This document shows positions 11,316-29,911 of a DNA stretch of 64,000 nt, piece by piece. The stretch lies in contig JADEYG010000003.1 of the NCBI GenBank assembly GCA_016906335.1, forward strand, positions 496,001 to 560,000, given 5' to 3'. A program made the translations under genes and the position numbers. This DNA is from Novakomyces olei. Its lineage: Eukaryota. Position 1 is the stretch's first letter, and each line of letters begins with the position of its first letter. The notes below the pieces were generated by a model that worked only from the letters and a program-made list of their open reading frames with translations, was not told where the DNA came from and ran no database searches.

Positions 11316-13234
11316 ATGGTCTTTGACGCAGCTGCTCCAATCAGACGCAAATCTGCGGGGGCCGGCTCCTTGGAGGCATCGCTCGACGAGGAGCGAAGGG
11401 ACGTTTTACGTCTCCTTCAGCGCGACCAAGAGCCCACTCCCGCTCAGCCGGAGATAAGGCTTATCGGGGAAGAGAAGCATAAGCCCGGAGTAGCGGACGA
11501 GTACCGGCATTACCGGTTTGATCTGGGAAACTCTGCAAGTGCCGGCAAGACGAGTACACGCTTCTCTTCTCACAGTCCCGTGACAGAGAGGAGACGGCGT
11601 TCCTCAAATACGTCGGCTATTTCTGCCGCTTCCTCAAGCGATGGCCCGGATTTACACAAAGCGCATAGACGCTTATCTAACACAGCGATGGCTCAATTAG
11701 GCGGCTCCTTCTCCGGACTGGCTCTCGGCGAAAGGGAACGCAGAGCTTCATCAGGCTCGGAAATTGCACAGCTGGAAAAGGACTACAATTCCGAGGCTGC
11801 AGTTGACTCGTCCTCTTCGTCTTCCGATGAAGATGACGACGAGGAGGAGGACGAGGAGGACGGGACTGCTTATAGTGGAGGATCACATGAAAGGCACTAT
11901 TCGCAAGAAGCAGCGGCAGAGGCAGAGCGGCTGCAGACGCTGAAGAAGCTCCGCAGGGATAAAGGATCAGGATCAGGATCAAAAACATCATCTTCAGTGC
12001 CATCAAGATCTCATTCTACCCGAGCATCTATCAACAGCAACGAGACTAAAGTCGGAGTTGGCGGCCGAGTGATTCCAAACAGTGCTTTCACACAGGACTC
12101 GCCCTACAATTCCGAGGAGGAGGAAGCGCATAAACGGCAGGCAAACCTGGCTAAACTTACAATCACCATATCGGAACCAAGAGTTTTTGAGAATCGGACG
12201 TTTGTCACATTGAAACGTGAGGATGGATCAAAAAAGAATACTGCGACAACCGCAGAAAACGATGAGGAGTTAGGGAAAAGCAAACGTATTAGATCATACC
12301 TGATTGCTCTCGATTTGTCTCCAGAGTCCGTTTACGCTTTAGAATGGACTATAGGCACAGTAATGCGAGACGGCGATGTCCTAAACGTTGTAGATGCGCT
12401 TGAATTAACTGATGCAGACCGGCGATCGCCAGACGAACTATCGCAAGAGCGCAGTGAATGGATGAGGCAGATTGTTGATAAATTGAGTTTGCTACTCCGC
12501 CGGACACGGCTCATTTGTGTGTGCGAAATCGAGGTTATTCAGCACAAAATGATAAAACATTTAATAACCGAAATGGTAAGCAGAGATTTGGAATTGTGTT
12601 GGGTTTGAATTTCGTTAGTCTTGAATTGTTATATATTTGAGTGCATGCCTGTTGGTCTTGATACGCTCTCGCAAGGGAAATTGCCCTGCCTCGCAATTGC
12701 TTTGTCTATAAATTGTTTACTGATTTGTGGTGCTCGATTTTTTTAATACCATTATTGCTTTTTTATTTTCGTTCCCGGTTTTAATTTTCAACATCTCATT
12801 GTATGATGGAATCATATTTTTTGATTTAATTGTTTCGATTCCTGTCTTTTTATTACTCGCTGCCATCTAACATTCTCGTGCGTTTTTCATATCTGAATAT
12901 ACCTCTAACTGTATAGATTGACTACACGGAACCGGACATGGTTATCCTTGGTAGTCGGGGCCGAGGATCATTAAGCAGTACTCTACTAGGCTCACTGAGC
13001 AATTATATTGTGAGCAAGGTAAGAGAGAGTACATTCTTCATGGTATAAATACTAATAAATTCGTAGTCTTCTGTTCCAGTTATGGTCGCTCGTAAAAGGC
13101 TACGGAAAAGCAAACATCGCCATAAAGCTGAAGTTATGCGCAGCCGTATGGTTAACAATCTGGCCAACGCTATCGTCGACGAGAAAGGTCCTATTATCAA
13201 GCGTCGTCAAATGTGGTCGCCTTTCCACAAATAA
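11316..13234 (+). CDS. Universal stress protein A (USP) domain protein (3 exons)
   Basis: YLIALDLSPESVYALEWTIGTVMRDGD...LITEM|IDYTEPDMVILGSRGRGSLSSTLLGSLSNYIVSK|SSVPVMVAR; introns 12576-12916 and 13019-13066. Confidence 0.9.
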
Positions 13235-13885
13235 TTTCTAGTTCTTGGATTTTTGGGACAATTTAGTTAAGATGTGGACTTTTAGCCATTACTTGCGTCT
13301 TTTCTTCCTTTGTCCCTTTTATGCATTGTTCATTTATTTTCCCTTGTTTTATTTTCTTGATTTAGTTCAATTTTAATTTTTATTATATCTTATTCTTAGT
13401 TTTAGTTTTAGTTTTATTTTTACTTCTTCCGACTTCAATTTTTATGCATTTCAGATCGGTTTATGGCGTATGGACTTGATAATGGTTAATTTCTGAGCAA
13501 AATAGTCACTTATCAAGCTTTGTGATCTATGAAACATTATTTCTGCGGCCGTATAGTAGGTCAAATATCATTGGAGAAAGCTATATTCATCCGCATTGGC
13601 TTTCCAATAACTTTAGCTGTCTAATCAGACTCCATCTTTGCAGCTTCTCAATGTCCAGTCCAAACAAACGTAACTCTTCCACTTCATTGGAATCAATTAA
13701 AAATAAAATAAATATATTCAACAAGCTCTATTGATACTCCGGCTTTCAGGTGCATTAACTTTTTGTGGTCGCTTGAGAGCCTGTTCGGACACGTTCAAGC
13801 TTCATATACAATAATGTTGTCATAACTTTTATTCAAAATCGGTTTTCTAATTTTAATCACTTTTATTCGTTTCTCCATTCTCCAA

Positions 13886-14830
13886 CTATTTCCGCGGGAT
13901 ATTTGCACGATTAACCAGTCCCTGTTGGTGGAGCGCAGTTCGTTTCGTATACGCCGAGCTCGTCCCATCAAGAACCGCTAAAATTTCCAGTCCCAAGCGC
14001 TGACCAAAGTCCCGAGACGGCCTTGAGCGGGCTCCATCAATGATCCACATAAGAGCTCGACGACGTCTTTGATGCGGTTTTAACGGCTGTGGATAGGGGA
14101 AGCTTTTGCTCGATCTTTTATACGAAGCAAGTCGGAAAAGTGGCTCGACTGCTGCTACTGCTTGCTCAAGTAACGGGATTGGATGCTGCTGAGTTCGCAG
14201 CCTCACTAACTCAAGCGCCTGCTGAATGTGTCCTTGTGCTCTTGTTTTTTTCCCGTCCTTCATAATTATGCCAACAAGATGTTTGATCACAGGGTGTTCT
14301 TGAATTGCCTCAAATTCAGATTTTACGGGAAGCGTCGGTGTAGAAGTTAGACCGGTCTGAAAGGCTTCCACGTGCTGTCCCGGCTCAGATTCGGATCGGA
14401 GAGTATTAAACTCGACATTTGCCGACTTTGTCCAAGTGGAAAACGGCCGATGACCAGATTTTTTATTATTAGGATGATGAGAGTTGCCGTGATTTTCTTC
14501 TTTTATAACTTTGGGAGCAAACTTTTCTGCTTCCGGATCGCCTTCAATAACTTCTGCTGCGCTGAGCCCTTCTAATTCTTGAGGAGTGACTTTTCGGTCT
14601 CCTGTAATCTTATCGATAGCCAATGCTTCCTCGTTCAAATTAGGCATTGTCGTGCCATCACGAACGGCTTTTTCTGCATCAATCTCTTCATGCACTGGTT
14701 TTACGGTTTTTGCTCTGTTGAAAACGGGGATATTGGCAGAAAATTGCCGCCTTGAGATATCCACTGAAGGTTTGCACGCTGACTGCAGCGGCCGCTGTAC
14801 CGCGATCCGAGCTATACTTCTCGACCACAT
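13886..14830 (-). CDS. RSM7: Mitochondrial ribosomal protein uS7m
   Basis: Presequence-like N-terminus; IMKDGKKTRAQ, RRRRALMWII, LGLEILAV, LHQQGLVNRAN match the S7 family. Confidence 0.9.
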   Translation of the reverse strand: MWSRSIARIAVQRPLQSACKPSVDISRRQFSANIPVFNRAKTVKPVHEEIDAEKAVRDGTTMPNLNEEALAIDKITGDRKVTPQELEGLSAAEVIEGDPEAEKFAPKVIKEENHGNSHHPNNKKSGHRPFSTWTKSANVEFNTLRSESEPGQHVEAFQTGLTSTPTLPVKSEFEAIQEHPVIKHLVGIIMKDGKKTRAQGHIQQALELVRLRTQQHPIPLLEQAVAAVEPLFRLASYKRSSKSFPYPQPLKPHQRRRRALMWIIDGARSRPSRDFGQRLGLEILAVLDGTSSAYTKRTALHQQGLVNRANIPRK

Positions 14831-15443
14831 TTCTAATGAGATCAAGCGCGAGCAGTACGACCGATCGTCTTTATGAAATAATTAATTTGACTCTTGAGGG
14901 TACAGTATATATTTAATTCTTTTTTGGTCTTGATCATCGATCTGAATTATGATCCAGTAAAACGATTACTTGTGTAATACGTGGATATGAATTATTGTAT
15001 GGTATAGTTTATTGTATAATTTATTGTATGGCTTATTGTATATTTTATTTTTGGTAGTTCAGCCCTGCAGTTTAAACCTTCATTTTACACAGTATTTAGA
15101 GCTTCACAGTTTTTTAAACAGGGTTAAAATTATTGCTTGTGAGCCAATACTAGCCAGTATTGCTGCTGTGGACGAAGGTCTTGAGGTGTATAAAAGACAC
15201 AACATCAATCAAGATGCTGGGTAGATCTCTACTGAACAACTATATGATTAATTGGATTTTTATAAGTTCCAATTTACATTTATTTCCTAGCACAAACTAT
15301 ACATCAGTCTACACCCGAATATCCGCTTTGTTTCAGATATGTACGGCTCTCGACTGTGGAATGTTTTGACTACTGTAACCCAAAAATATCAATTTATTAA
15401 AGCACAAAATGCGTTTCAAAAAACATACATCACGTGTACTTGC

Positions 15444-16402
15444 TCATTTTTGATGTGAGGCCCAATCGAGGTAAGAGCCTAGAAATATTAGTTACGGAGC
15501 AACACGTTAAAACTTGGATTAGAGCAAAATTCGATGGGTACCTTTATAATTTCCAACACTAGACCATTAGCAATTGTTCTGAATAATAAACTGTAACTTA
15601 CTTTTTAAATCCGTGAGCAACAGCCTTCTCCGAGGCATTGGTGCTCCTTACTCCAGAACGGCAATAAAAAACTATTGGCTGCTGTTAACATAGGTGATTA
15701 TCTTCAAATTTATACCTGCTCTTTGACTGGTTTCTCAAACCCGAATTCATTAGCGAAATCCATGTCGGGGGCATTGAATAGATCGTCAAACCGGCTTAAT
15801 GGTAGATTCTTTGCTCCAGGAATAAAGCCTTGCTTGTATTCATCCTTTTCTCTCACGTCTGCTGGTTAAGATAAAAGAAGAGAAACAATATGCAAAGTCA
15901 ATAAAATAGGTAGATTCGTCAAAAAGGATGTCAAATACTATCAAAATTCGGCCATGTTTAATTTAAAAAAAAAACCCCCCAACACAAAACAAAACAAAAA
16001 AAAATTGGAGTAGCACGCTTACCCACTAATTCAGTGTGGGGAGCGTTTGCTGCCACTTTTGATTCGGAACTCGCGTTGGCCTTAGAGAGCGCCGCAACCT
16101 GTAGAAAAGTTAGTATGAGAGAGCCGAAACTTTAGACAATAATTCACCTTATCGTAATCTACAATGTAATATGTAGAATCTCCAGCCTTCTGTGTCTTTT
16201 GATCCTTGACCGGAGCCAAAAATTGGAATCCTCGTGTGGCGGCAGGAACAGTGAACGTAGAGGCAAGCGGCTTTAGAAATTGCTGCTGGTTTCGCAAGCA
16301 ATGCTGCAGTCCCACACGGGATGAGGCATTAAGAACTGAAGCGGCCGAAATGACCTTTTTCGCACTTTGTCGAGCAAACATGACACCTCTCAATGCCGAC
16401 AT
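15444..16402 (-). CDS. Mitochondrial single-domain rhodanese (Rdl-type thiosulfate sulfurtransferase), 6 exons
   Basis: Spliced protein has LVDVREKDEY..GFIPGAKNLP, FYCRSGVRS (catalytic Cys) and GNYKGSYLDW; includes a 17-nt micro-exon. Confidence 0.88.
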
Positions 16403-17121
16403 TTGCTGATTCTAAGGGTGTTGAAGATGGAGTCTATTATGATGCAATACTACAAGTCTTTTGTATGATACATATTACATAACCAAAGTAACATTTTATG
16501 TAACGCGCTAGCTTTATTTTTTTTTGTTTAATTAAAGTAATATGAAATTGTGCAGAAAATAGGAGAGTAATACGCGCTACACTTGCGAATGGAAATGCGA
16601 TGGAACTGTTATAGGACTGGAACGAATAGGATTTGCATTGTACTCATAGTCATAAATAGAAGTGTTCGTGTAAATTGAGGTATCCCGGTCGGGCCAAATA
16701 GCATAATTGAACCGTTTTACCAACAAATTTCGGCTTAATGAACTGAGAACGTTTTCAATGAATTTTCCCTATCGAGGAGCAAACAGCCGGAACACCTGCA
16801 AAGGCATCGTATAATTTCGAGATTGTGTGGGCGGAGACGCTTTAGTATCATAGTGTCACTGTCTTGTACCTTAAAATCTACGCAATAATAGTAATAGTGG
16901 CTATAACATACAAGCAATATGGGGCGGGCGAAATTACATAATGCACCGTATCATCCAAAATATACTGTACCAAGTAATATTATCATGTACCGAACTACAA
17001 TATATAATGACATCAAGAGTTTGGGGACTCGAGGACGCCCGACAGACCTCAACAAAAAAACCCTCAACAAACAGAACCCTCAACAACAGAACTCTCAACA
17101 AACCGAAACATCAACCTCACA

Positions 17122-17986
17122 ATGGCTGAATCGTCGTCAAAATTGATACTCTACCATTTGGACCAGAGGTAATATCAGCATCCTAGTCTAAAGCTAATAG
17201 TGTTTAGTCGGTCGCATCGTATTATATGGCTGCTCGAGGAATTGGGTGTGGACTATGAGCTAAAGGAGTACAAGCGCGAAAACATGCTGGCTCCAGAATC
17301 GCTCAAGTCTATTCACCCACTGGGCAAAGCACCGATTATTAAGCACGGCGATTTGGTTTTGGCTGAAAGTGGCGTCATTATTGAGTATATTATTGATCAG
17401 TTTGATCATTCTGGCGCTCTTACTGCAGAGGGTAAAGACAAGTATACTGCGAGTTACTGGAACCATTTCTCAGAAGGTATGAGACCCTATTATTGTCGAA
17501 TTGCATTTTGATTGATTTTTAGGCAGCTTAATGGCTCCGCTTGTAATGAAATTGGTGCTAAGTGTCGTTCCTCAAAGAGCGCCTTTTTATCTACGGCCGA
17601 TAGCTCAAGCAATTTCAACAAAGATCAATGAGGCCTATCCTGAGCGCAATCTTCGTACATTGCTGCCGTACGTGGACGAAAATTTGAAGGGCAAGACTTT
17701 CTTTTGCGGCGAGAAGCTAAGCGCTGCAGGTATGCTGTTACTCTTTTTTAATTTTTTAATTTTTATTTTGCGCTTACTACGTATACTTTTATCACTAATT
17801 CTATTCTTGCTAATGCTTGCTCCAGATTTTGCCATGTCTTTCCCTCTAGAGGCAGCCGCTCAGCGCGCTGGGGTGACGGAGCAAAAGCACCCAAACATTG
17901 TTGCCTGGCTACATAGAATCCATGAGAGACCAGCATACAAGCGCGCAATGGAGCTAGATCCAACTTATGCCTACGCACAACTTTAA
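17122..17986 (+). CDS. Glutathione S-transferase (Gtt1-like), 4 exons
   Basis: LYHLDQS|RSHRIIWLLEELG, HPLGKAP, LAESGVIIEY, HFSEG|SLMAPL, LSAA|DFAMSFPL. Confidence 0.92.
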
Positions 17987-18547
17987 TTGTGTGTATCGTG
18001 TTTTTATTTAATTATATTTTTCAAATTTGGCCTCCGCAGTCGGTTCGCAGTTCGCAAATATAATGATGTCGGGTTCGTAGTGGTTGTAATTAAAAGTGTC
18101 AGTTCTCTAATATCTAATAATTACCAGTTCTCTAATAATTACAAGCCAAAAAAAAGACCATAATCCAGGAAATTCGTGGCAGTCATAGTTAATAATATGT
18201 GTATAGTGCGAGTAGCTTATATTAAACGGTGTTTTATTACATATCGTTGTATGTGTATATCTATATTTTTTCGACTGCAATAATTGGCACGAAAATGTAA
18301 AATCACTCGTTAAAGCCTCCTTACTACTACTTTACCGTGGAAAGTAATACTGACAGATGGATAATGCTAGTGCAATACGTCAAAATACCCATCATCGTCG
18401 CAATATTATTATTGTACTGTTCTCTAATTATTTTCTATCGCAATCCCTTTATATTTCCGTTATATTACCTTTCCAAAGACCTCCAAATATACAAATAATC
18501 TTTTTTTACCAGGCAAATGCATCTGCAAAAATATTAAGGGCAGCTAA

Positions 18548-23661
<5,114 letters not shown>

Positions 23662-24479
23662 CTAGAAGTATTAGATATATATCCATCAAATTGATCTGAT
23701 GAGAAAAACAATATATTTGAATTTTAATTATTATTGAGAAATGTAGAAAAAGGAGATACGAATAGAGAACAAATTTAAATGTCATGAAAAAAAATAGATA
23801 AATAAATAAATAAATAAAATATTAAATGATGTGGGAAAACAAAAGGAAGACCAACGATTGCTTTGGTCCCTATTTTTCTTTGGTTAATCCCTCACCGTGC
23901 ACAGTGAATATTCATTATTGGCATTCCCGTCCTCATCTGCCATTCATTAGTCAGCGCCTAATAATTTAATATTCATATGGCCCGCTTATCGATATAAAAC
24001 TTTGGTTACAAGACTACATCTATGATTGCCCATATGTAAATCTTTACCATTTCTTGAATGTACAAATTTCATCATTAACAACAAAAGAGACGCCCATAAG
24101 GCTTCCATATATGATCGGCCGCCAACAAATTAGTAATAAAATTAAAATAAAACCAGTTAGTTGTAGTCATAAAAGTGGCAAAAGTCATGACAGTATCCAA
24201 TAGCAAAAAGCCACTGTAGCGGAACCAAAGTGCAGAATTAAATCAAAATATATACAGTATTATCGTAGGTAAAAACAACAAGGATTTGATTCAATTCAGG
24301 CCAATATATACATTCGCATACAGGAGCTCTCATACTATAAAAAGTCGTATAGAGTCACGTAAAACCCAAATATGCGTATGTAAAACTGTCATATAATAAT
24401 TGTCATAATATGTCATCGATAATACTGCATAAACACAAACACAAATATTATGAATAATACAGATATTATGATTGATTCG

Positions 24480-24575
24480 AATAGTATGAATAATTCGAAT
24501 ATTATGAATAATTCAGTATGAATAATTCGAATATTATGAATAATTCAGTATGAATAATTCAAATATTATGAATAA
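24480..24575. repeat. AT-rich tandem repeat with TATGAATAATTC core
   Basis: Five to six copies of the core immediately 3' of the zinc-finger gene stop. Confidence 0.85.
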
Positions 24576-24602
24576 TATAATAGTGATGCAGAACGCGTCG
24601 CA

Positions 24603-25733
24603 TTATGCTTGTCCGTGTTTTACGCGTCGGTGCCGAACTAACGCGTCGTACCGACTAAACGTCTTCCCCGCGTCGCATAGCGAACACAAAAACGTCTGTC
24701 GACGCGTCGCGTGAACGGTTTCATGGTGCCTTACTAAATCATACGGCCGTGAGAAGACAGTATTGCACACACGTCCATCATCAGGCGCAATCCACTGGCA
24801 TTTCAGCCTTGAGCCGCCTGCCGGAGCTGCGACGGAGGACAGAGAGCCGTTACCCCCGAAACTGTGTCTCAATGAACTCCGCTGCAGTTCAAGCAGCTGT
24901 TGTCCGATACTCGCTCGGCGCGGAGGCCGATGGATTTTAGTATGGACTTTTAATTCGTCTGCGGTAGCAAATTCAGCAGAGCAGCCTACGCAGGTGTGCA
25001 ATGGCAATCCTCCATATGATTTCCGTCGGCCGCTTGTATTGCGGTTTGCCGAACTTTGCGACGTCGGAAACGTTTGAGCCGGTGTGGAGGGAAAGATCAG
25101 AGAGGTTTCGGGTTTTCCGGATTTGCCCTCGGGATTGCCGGCCTTATCCTCGGGTTTAGCAGCACTGCTTAAATCCGGTTGCTGGTGAATTGAGCCTTGC
25201 CGATGGCGACAAGAGTGCAAGAGCTGAAACGAGTTTGCGCTTTCAGCAATTAAGCCCGCGTCTCCCGCGCTCCTCGGGGGCGATGGGATCCGAGACTGAG
25301 TGGGAGACAATGCTAAAGACTCGCCTCGAGACGAGCAAGCCCGAGATCGGGGTTCAGACTGCTCTCGGGACTCTTTAAAGCACGGTGTTATATCGGCCCC
25401 AAAACTTTGCGTCGATTCCGTAGAACTTGATGGAGAAGTAGAGGAGAAAGACGCTTTACGGCCTTGGTCCAGTGTATCTGCAGACGATATAATCGCCGGC
25501 TCGTTCAACGGCGGGATTGGTAATCCCTGGAACATGATTGGCGGACCGTAAATGGGCAGCAATTTATTGGTAGCTGTGGCAATAGGATCGTACATGCTAT
25601 TCATCGGCTGCAGATCTAATGGAATCCCAAAATCAGACATAAATTCGGGAGACGTTCCCGGCGTAAAAGTGCTAAAGCACAGAGATCCATCGTCAAAGAG
25701 ACGAGGTGATTGAGTGTTGAAAAAGTCGCCCAT
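24603..25733 (-). CDS. RPN4: C2H2 zinc-finger transcription factor, Rpn4/Rsv2 family
   Basis: C-terminal CNTVFSRPYDLVRHHETVH...CSLC...KTFSRYDALVRHRRVKH matches the Rpn4 finger pair; first ATG at 25733. Confidence 0.75.
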   Translation of the reverse strand: MGDFFNTQSPRLFDDGSLCFSTFTPGTSPEFMSDFGIPLDLQPMNSMYDPIATATNKLLPIYGPPIMFQGLPIPPLNEPAIISSADTLDQGRKASFSSTSPSSSTESTQSFGADITPCFKESREQSEPRSRACSSRGESLALSPTQSRIPSPPRSAGDAGLIAESANSFQLLHSCRHRQGSIHQQPDLSSAAKPEDKAGNPEGKSGKPETSLIFPSTPAQTFPTSQSSANRNTSGRRKSYGGLPLHTCVGCSAEFATADELKVHTKIHRPPRRASIGQQLLELQRSSLRHSFGGNGSLSSVAAPAGGSRLKCQWIAPDDGRVCNTVFSRPYDLVRHHETVHATRRQTFLCSLCDAGKTFSRYDALVRHRRVKHGQA

Positions 25734-28700
25734 ATTGAGTAGAGGGAGGACAATAACAGTAATAAAAGTATTGTTTAAAGTAGGTGTAGTTGAAGACAAG
25801 CGAAGCGTGACAGATCTGTAACAATTCTGTAACAATTCTGTAAAATTTCTGTGGCAGTTTTGTTGACACAACCCCAACCGGCCTAGTTCCTGGCCTGAAT
25901 AATTATTTCTTCAATCTTTAGTCAGCAAATGTGAACCGGACTGCCGTCAATTAATTGCTAGCCATAGAGATTGAAGTGTTATCAGATCAGACGATTATGG
26001 CGGTATGTATTAAGGAACGGGGAAAGGTGCAGCCTTGGTCGGTCTATTCTTTGCAATAAAACTGTAGTATTTTTCTCGTCAAAAAAAATTTAAACTTCAA
26101 AATTCAATCAAGAGCGTCGGTTCGGAGACAGTAGCATATACGCTCAATCCTCGCAAATTTTAAATCACACTTTCCCCTCAAGCCCTTGCCTCTGCCATTT
26201 AAAAGTAAAGATTATAGTAAATGACTCGAGGCACAAACAAGACTTCCCACCGCAACGCTGATGTCAGAGATTATATTGAAAAGCCGGGATGTACTGCGTG
26301 GGCTGTGTTCTTTCCGCTGCGTATAATTGCGGAAGGTGGTATGGAGATCAGTGAAATTAATTATCAAGTAATTCATTTCAAATGATCTGAAGCAGCGCCC
26401 TATTCGCTGGCGAATTTACGTCAAATGCGTATGGCAAGTATGCGAGGTATTACTTGTAAATACACACAAGCCTTCTTATTCCCTTGATGGCTTATCTGCT
26501 CTCGGCATAATATTTGCATTTTCCACTTCTCCAATCGTATCCGGTGCTTTCGTATGCGGGATGCTAGTCCTAAACTGTCAAGCTGGAAAACCCTTGCTAA
26601 CGCTCCGTGTCCTGGCGAATCATAAGGCCGCTGGTCCGGATTTATTTCCGCAGCGCCAGTATGTTTAATGATGATATCAGCTTGACATTTTGGGACGTAA
26701 ATATCTCAATTATGATAAAGTCTTTGCGCTATTTGCAACGCGGATCTACGTTGACCCGATGATGGTTATTGATTAGCGACGACGTATATCTCACGGGGTG
26801 CTTTACCCCTCAATGAAAGCAGCACGAAAAGGATAAGGAAACAAGGGAAACGATATGTGCACTGCACAGCTTAATTTTTGCTTAATTCGTCCATTTCTTT
26901 AGCACTTGGGTGCACAATGAGAAAAACATGGCGAGTCTACGCTCAGTCATGTTCCGTTGAATTTTCGGGCAGAAACCCTGTCTGCGCACTCTTTTTTTTA
27001 ACTAATAGGCAGCCTGTCCCAAAGTGGGAACGCGATTACGGAATTAGGGTTCACAATCATTGTGAATGGTGGAATTGGGGGAAACGTATAAAGCAACCCT
27101 CGACTTTTACATGCAAGGAATTATGCAGATAAGAGAGCAAAAGGTGGATTTTTAGGTTCTAATTGTAAGCAATCGTTTGCCGATTCCATATCTATCCAAT
27201 TTCATCCTCTTCCATCCTTTTTCGGATCCTCAAGCGCAGCAGTCTTTTCCAATACAAACAAGGAATTATGCGATTTGAAAGGCACGGATCGCTAGTTTAC
27301 ATGTTTCGTCGTCGAGATCGAGATAGCATAACGAGTCGGATTATGGACAAGAGCGGAAAAGTTACACGTAAGTTATACAGTTGATTAAAGTCTCGTTTGT
27401 TGTATGCTTGAATGACTATTGACGATTACTTGCGAGCTACATGTCACATATGGTGGTCATATTTGCTTTGTTTTGATATAATACTATTCAGTATATTATA
27501 ATGTAAAATTTAGACAATATAAGCTTTCTATTAGAAGTATCGGGACATATTCTACTTATTGTGACAAAGACGCGTGCACCATGAAACATGGCTAAGGTGA
27601 GGAGGCGAGTATGATTTGGACACATGGTAGGTATGCAGGTTCGTGATAGATGTCCCTATTATGAATCCCGTGTGGATCTTGAAGATTCTATTTGAGTCAA
27701 TGCAAATCCTGGGGTTATCGGGTCTTTTAATAATAGCGCAATAAATAGTAATTGCTTATCCAATCTTATTTACCCCACATTTGACGCTAGCGTAGATCCC
27801 CACATTGGTTCTCGATCTCGGACGAATCTTCGTCCCACTTAAATCCTCAGGGACAGCAAGCGACGATCTAATCGAGTAACGCAAAATTTGTAAAGCCGCT
27901 ATCGGATAGTATGCGTGGCATGCGCTCTGTCGATCTGACGTAGTCGCTTGGCGTGCGTTATTGTTGACAGAGATCAGATCAGATTTGTAGAAAATATTAC
28001 ACAATCGCGATGGCCTATGAGCTTTCTACTACGATACTCCGCGCTTGTCGATCTCAAGCCGTCCTCGACAAATGATACCCGTCTGGAATTTGCATATTCC
28101 AGACTTACACGGAACATTGATTCAACACATAGCTCGGCATGTTGATTAAACAAGGTGACGTACATTACTCTAATTTTGAATGCAAAGCTCTAACCCATTT
28201 ATCATGAGCCGAATTAACCAATTTTATTCAGTTATCCACTACTCGGAATGTCTCGTCTAGACCAACATGGCCAATATGGCGCATGATCATCGGCGAGTGG
28301 GCTCGTCTATCCAATCCGCCTTTGACGGAACACCACAATCTGGTTGCAAGATGTAAAAGTTCAAGTAATGGTAATGCCAGAATTGCAATTCCACCAGGAC
28401 TTCTGAGTAGTAGTAGATAAAATAAATTGTTCGTAACGATACTCCAGCGATTACCGAGGCATAGTAAAACTATTAGCCGAACACTAAATTATGTGCCGCT
28501 GATGAATGAGTAGTGAAGTATACAAAAATCAACAGACAGGAGAAAAGGCTCATGACGTCTACATATTTTCTGTAAACTAATTTCTGGCCAGATCAATAAA
28601 GCTTTCGTAAAATCAGGTCTTAAAATAATAATACGAAATAATCCAATTCGATCGGTAAGAGATCGTACAGCAGCAATGGGAAGCGCCATCCAAGACGCGT

Positions 28701-28934
28701 TGCAAGCACGCGTTGTATAGGCAAAACGCGACTGCAGGTTATGTTTACATTCCAATGGCAGCAGTACGGTGATTACAATGCTCCGAATTCGTATTACAAA
28801 CTTACGCACTAGAAAAACAGCAGTCTTACAAAATATAGGCAAAAACACTGGAAACATTATTTTTCTTTTTGAAAACTTATATTATAAACGCATCACATCA
28901 ATTATATACACGGCATTTATCCTCAAAATTAAGT

Positions 28935-29911
<977 letters not shown>

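Noticed and set aside
12643-12653. GCATGCCTGTT resembling the 3' end of 5.8S rRNA inside the USP intron
   Set aside because: Only 11 nt match and the flanks do not continue; chance
27756-28857. Short ORFs between RPN4 and H3 as a transposon relic or gene
   Set aside because: No transposase, RT or integrase motifs, terminal repeats or coherent spliced model found
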